From the NCBI GenBank assembly GCA_043228905.1, contig JBHGNT010000012.1:4216001-4280000 (forward strand): a stretch of 64,000 nt of DNA. Reading direction: 5' to 3'. The position numbers and the translations under genes are program-made. Position 1 is the first letter of the stretch. The number at the start of each line of letters is the position of its first letter. A model generated the notes under the pieces. It saw only the letters and a list, made by a program, of their open reading frames with translations. It was not told the origin of the DNA and did no database searches. Positions 61,401 to 64,000 of the stretch are shown in pieces. This DNA comes from Azolla caroliniana. Its lineage: Eukaryota > Plantae > Polypodiophyta.

Positions 61401-62788
61401 GCTACAAAGCTCGACTTGTAGCGAAAGGATACGCTCAAACGCATGGTGTCGACTACGAAGAGACCTTTGCCCCAGTGGCAAAGATGATGACGGTGCGGAC
61501 CGTAATTGCGCTTGCCGCGGCGAAAGGATGGCAACTCCATCAAATGGACGTCAAGAACGCCTTTCTACAAGGCGAATTAGAAGAGGAGGTGTACATGATA
61601 CAACCACCTGGCTTCAACTTGAGCACCCATCCGAAAGTTGTATGCCGACTCAAGAAGCCACTCTACGGCCTCAAGCAAGCACCGCGTGCTTAGCATTCGA
61701 AGATAACGCAATAGCTTCATCAAATCGGCTTTTGTATGTCAAAATCGGACAACTCCCTCTGCATACGAAGCGATTCCGCAAGTCCGATTGTCATCATTTT
61801 ATATGTGGATGACCTAGTAATTGGCAGTGAGGATCTGGACGACATCAATAAGGTCAAATCCCTCCTTTCCGACAAGTTCAAGATGACGGACATGAAGGAG
61901 CTCCACTACTTCCTCGGCATCGAGGTAATTCGGACTCCGGCCGGAATCATGATCTCTCAACGGCACTACATCCTCAACTTGTTATACAAGTTCGGGATGG
62001 CTGAGTTCAAATCCGTGGCAACCCCGCTCAATCGCAACCTCAAACTAGATGCGAACTCTGGCACCAAAGCGTGTGAGCCGATTCAGTATCGGCAACTCAT
62101 CAAGAGTCTCATCTACCTCACGATCACACGACCCGATCTCAGTTATCCGATCGGTCTCCTTAGCCAATTCATGCAAACACTGCGTGATACTCACTTGGAT
62201 TGTGCTAAGCGAGTTCTATGCTACGTGAGAGACACAATGGATTGCGGCATCCTCTACAAGAACGCGGTGCCAATACGACTCGAGGGGTACACAAACGCCG
62301 ATTGGGCTGGCTACAAAGCTGATAGAAGATCAACCTCTAGATTTGTTTTCTCCCTCGACAGTAGAGCAATATCCTGGAGTAGCAAGAAGCAGCCTATCGT
62401 CGCTCTTTCGAGTACGGAGGCGGAATACAGGGGTGCAGCCGTAGCTGCGTGTGAAGCCGTATGGCTCAAGAGGATTTTGAAGGATCTGGGCGTACCCATC
62501 AAGGATTCGACTTCCCTTTACTGCAACAACATGAGCAATATCTATTTGGCTCGGAACCCGGTGTTCCACACGCGGACAAAGCACATCGAACTTCACTATC
62601 ACTTCATCCGAGAGCACGTTCTGGCTGGTGATGTCGACCTACAACACATTAGCACCAATCTTCAAACGGCCGACATCTTCACTAAAGCCTTAGGAGCCGA
62701 CAAGCTATGGCAATTCATGACCGATCTCGGATTGACGATCCCTGACCTGGCAAGCTTGAGGGGGAGTACTAAAGACACTAGGCAATAA
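58469..62788 (+). pseudogene. Copia gag-pol polyprotein with two frameshifts (about 59457 and 61150) and two stops (61691, 61711)
   Basis: UBN2-type gag with CEYCGKLSHHEEEC; PR WFVDSSASNHM; LWHKRIGH; IN HSDVWGP..LRSDGGKEY..QQNGVAER; [15 protein letters not shown]; RH SSTEAEY..ADIFTK. Confidence 0.95.
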
Positions 62789-64000
62789 CCGCGCACTACG
62801 CAATAACGTGTGGATTCCGCAACCACGCAACAAAGTAGCGAAGAGCCGATCTACCGTGCAAAGCCGCAAAGAAAGACGCAAGCCGAAGCACAAACTTCGC
62901 AACTACGCACAACACAAGCTGGAGCACGGATTCCGCAACTCCGCATAAAGCGAGTCGACACAGACTCCAGAACGCGAGTTGAAGCGGATTTCGGATACCG
63001 TTTGAAACCGACCCGACTTGAGCTTGAGGGGGCGTGTTGAGAATCAAGCTCAACTTGGTCTAGTCTGTGAACTCACCTTGAGAGTGAAGAGACACACCAA
63101 CGGTCAAGAGTCGCCATTATGTCACCACTTTGTATTCTAGCATTTAGTATGAGTCATAGAATCATATTCTATGACACATAACTTATGAGCTTTCACATTC
63201 CCCATGCTCCATGAGTCTTGTAGTTAATGAAGAGAGAGGGTGACTACATAAAGCACCCTCCTCCCACCTTGTATAATGTTGTGTCTTTCTCCTTTGTTAA
63301 TATACTTAACCTTGCGTATACTCTGTGTCTCTTTCTCTCTCTCTCTCTCTCTATCTCATACACACACACACACACACACACAGATCACACCTATTCCGCT
63401 TCACAAGAATCCATCTCTTGATTCTTTACAGTATGGAACGGTCTTTTGGTTCCAGATCCCTTTGTCGGTTAAGTACTATTTGAAGGCTTGGGAGGTGTAT
63501 TCACCTCCGTTGTCAGAGCAGAGTGTCTTCACTCTGTATCCTGATCAGTTCTCTATTCAGCTATCCACCGAGTGAAGACCTCGAGCGCATTGTCTTTCGA
63601 CCTAATCGAGTAGGCCCATACCTTTTGTGTACAATCATCTACGAATGTGATGAAATACTGGGAACCTCTTAGTGATCGTTCAGACATAGGGGCACATATA
63701 TCTGTTTGCACGAGCTCTAGAGGTTGTCGTACCGTCTCATAGTGGAGAGGGTACGGACTTCGGGTCTGTTTCCCGTAATGACAATGCTCGCAAAAGTCGG
63801 TCTTTGTCTAAAGCTTCGGAATGTAGCCGATCTCCATTAGCAGATCTAGTCTAGCTTGAGACATATGGCTGAGTTGGCCATGCCATAGTTTTGGATCCTA
63901 CAATTCGGCTATGTTCACTTCCCCTTCTGGACTGATCACAATCAATGGATACAATTTATTGTACTTATATCCATTTCTGATTTTTAGATTTCCTCGACTG

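Larger units (their letters stand above)
57908..63430 (+). mobile_element. Full-length Ty1/Copia LTR retrotransposon
   Basis: LTRs 57908-58309 and 63035-63430 (TG...CA). 5-bp TSD GTATG at 57903-57907 and 63431-63435. PBS 58310-58323; PPT gagggggcg 63026-63034. Confidence 0.98.
54862..64000 (-). mobile_element. Older degenerate Ty1/Copia element (Tnt1/Tork-like), split by a younger Copia and continuing past the window end
   Basis: GAG-pre-integrase/IN at 64000-63436 (LWHGQLSH..FCEHCHYGKQ..YFITFVDD). IN is rejoined across the insert (TVPY|TPMQNG). RT QLDIKTTFLH..LKKSLYDLKQ; RH STTEAEY..KHIEVRFH ending at 55610. Putative 3' LTR about 54862-55365 (boundaries uncertain). Confidence 0.88.

Overview
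Eukaryotic nuclear DNA from a land plant. A seed-free plant such as a fern is likely, inferred from the TE families; the species cannot be named. Most of the window is nested transposable elements, plus two intron-containing plastid-protein genes (CYP28-type lumenal cyclophilin, CBSX-type CBS-domain protein) and an initiator tRNA-Met gene. The main discovery is a 25.5-kb Sola2-type DNA transposon (4981-30525) with GGG-initiated TIRs and a perfect 4-bp TSD (TGAA), inserted into a LINE endonuclease frame that is restored when the element is removed. After subtracting nested insertions it is at least about 9.5 kb. Besides its split transposase it carries convergent cargo coding remnants with a RING-H2-like finger and an FCP1/NIF-type HAD phosphatase domain, and dense arrays of the palindrome AGCTAATTAGCT in its putative introns and ends. 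Nested inside it are two related Ty3/Gypsy elements with FLDD reverse transcriptases and a conserved -1 slippery site plus pseudoknot between protease and RT; the complete copy also shows a tRNA-Trp primer site and a 4-bp TSD. Also nested are an unclassified 3.1-kb TIR element with a 4-bp TSD and a 1.57-kb foldback palindrome. The right half has a 5'-truncated L1-type LINE with TSD, a hAT MITE in a CBSX intron, and a full-length Copia inserted into an older Copia. All calls are by eye from sequence and recalled family motifs; no database searches were run.
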